A DNA stretch of 17,104 bases from the UHGV virus genome UHGV-0120250; one strand, given 5' to 3'. Origin of the DNA: a virus. Below the pieces are notes generated by a model. The model did no database searches, had not been told where the DNA came from, and saw only the letters and a program-made list of their open reading frames with translations. Every line of letters starts with the position of its first letter. Position 1 is the stretch's first letter. Shown one piece after another: positions 16,591 to 17,104 of this stretch. The position numbers and the translations under genes are program-made.

Positions 16591-17054
16591 GCAGAGTAAC
16601 CGCGATTATCTCCGCTCTGGTTATCTGCATCATCGTTTGCCTGTCATGGGCTGTTAATCATTACCGTGATAACGCCATCGCCTACAAAGAGCAGCGCGAT
16701 AACAAGGCCAGTGAACTGGAGAAGGTGAACGCCACCATTACTGACATGCAGCAGCGCCAGCGTGATGCTGATGCACTCGATGCTAAATACACGAAGGAGT
16801 TAGCCGATGCAAAAGCTGAAAATGATGCTCTTCGGCGCAAGCTTGATAATGGTGGTCGGGTGCTCGTCAAAGGCAAGTGTCCAGTGTCAGCCGCAACCCA
16901 AACCGCCGGCGCCGCCAGCATGGGCGATGATGCCACCGTCGAACTCTCTGCAGTTGCTGGACGAAACGTTCTCGGTATCCGCTCCGGAATCATCAGCGAC
17001 CAAACAGCCCTGAGGGCGCTGCAGGAATACATCACCACGCAATGCCTGAAGTAA
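16587..17054 (+). CDS. Rz: i-spanin Rz, 155 aa
   Basis: N-terminal about 85 residues match lambda Rz ([31 protein letters not shown]...AKAENDALR); the C-terminal third is divergent. Confidence 0.9.
   Translation: MSRVTAIISALVICIIVCLSWAVNHYRDNAIAYKEQRDNKASELEKVNATITDMQQRQRDADALDAKYTKELADAKAENDALRRKLDNGGRVLVKGKCPVSAATQTAGAASMGDDATVELSAVAGRNVLGIRSGIISDQTALRALQEYITTQCLK
16807..17013 (+). CDS. Rz1: o-spanin Rz1 lipoprotein embedded in the +1 frame of Rz, 68 aa
   Basis: [21 protein letters not shown]... carries a lipobox (VVGC) and a Pro-rich body, as in lambda Rz1. Confidence 0.8.
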   Translation: MQKLKMMLFGASLIMVVGCSSKASVQCQPQPKPPAPPAWAMMPPSNSLQLLDETFSVSAPESSATKQP

Positions 17055-17104
17055 GGCATTACAGAGCCACTTCCAGAGGTGGCTCGATAATGTCAAGGCG
17101 AGGA

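Overview
This window reads as the early-to-late control region of a mosaic lambdoid prophage (enterobacterial). Assignments rest on reading the sequence and on recalled phage lambda/P22 protein and site sequences; no database search or folding was run. Left half (minus strand, pL operon): a truncated gene at the edge, Ea-like hypothetical genes, an SSB-like gene translationally coupled to an Erf-family annealase (instead of lambda Red), Kil and cIII homologues, an AT-rich unknown 156-aa gene, a lambda-N 3' fragment, a convergent SieB-like membrane protein, and a P22-type N antiterminator with its boxB and leader structure. Centre: lambda-type immunity region (OL1-3/pL, cI, OR1-3/pRM/pR, cro, cII), but the rexAB slot downstream of cI holds a single AT-rich 301-aa gene followed by an intrinsic terminator. 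Right half (plus strand): O-like initiator with internal iteron origin, a 626-aa Toprim primase / RecA-fold helicase in place of P, a terminator, then NinB, an HNH/NUMOD4 endonuclease inserted at the ninB 3' end, a Dam-family methyltransferase, NinE, an unknown 135-aa gene, NinF, NinG, the lambda-type Ser/Thr phosphatase, a 21/933W-type Q, two tRNA genes, and a lambda-type lysis cassette (S, R, Rz/Rz1). The best candidate for an undescribed system is the 301-aa gene in the rex position; the 156-aa pL-operon gene and the HNH-Dam pair are secondary candidates.
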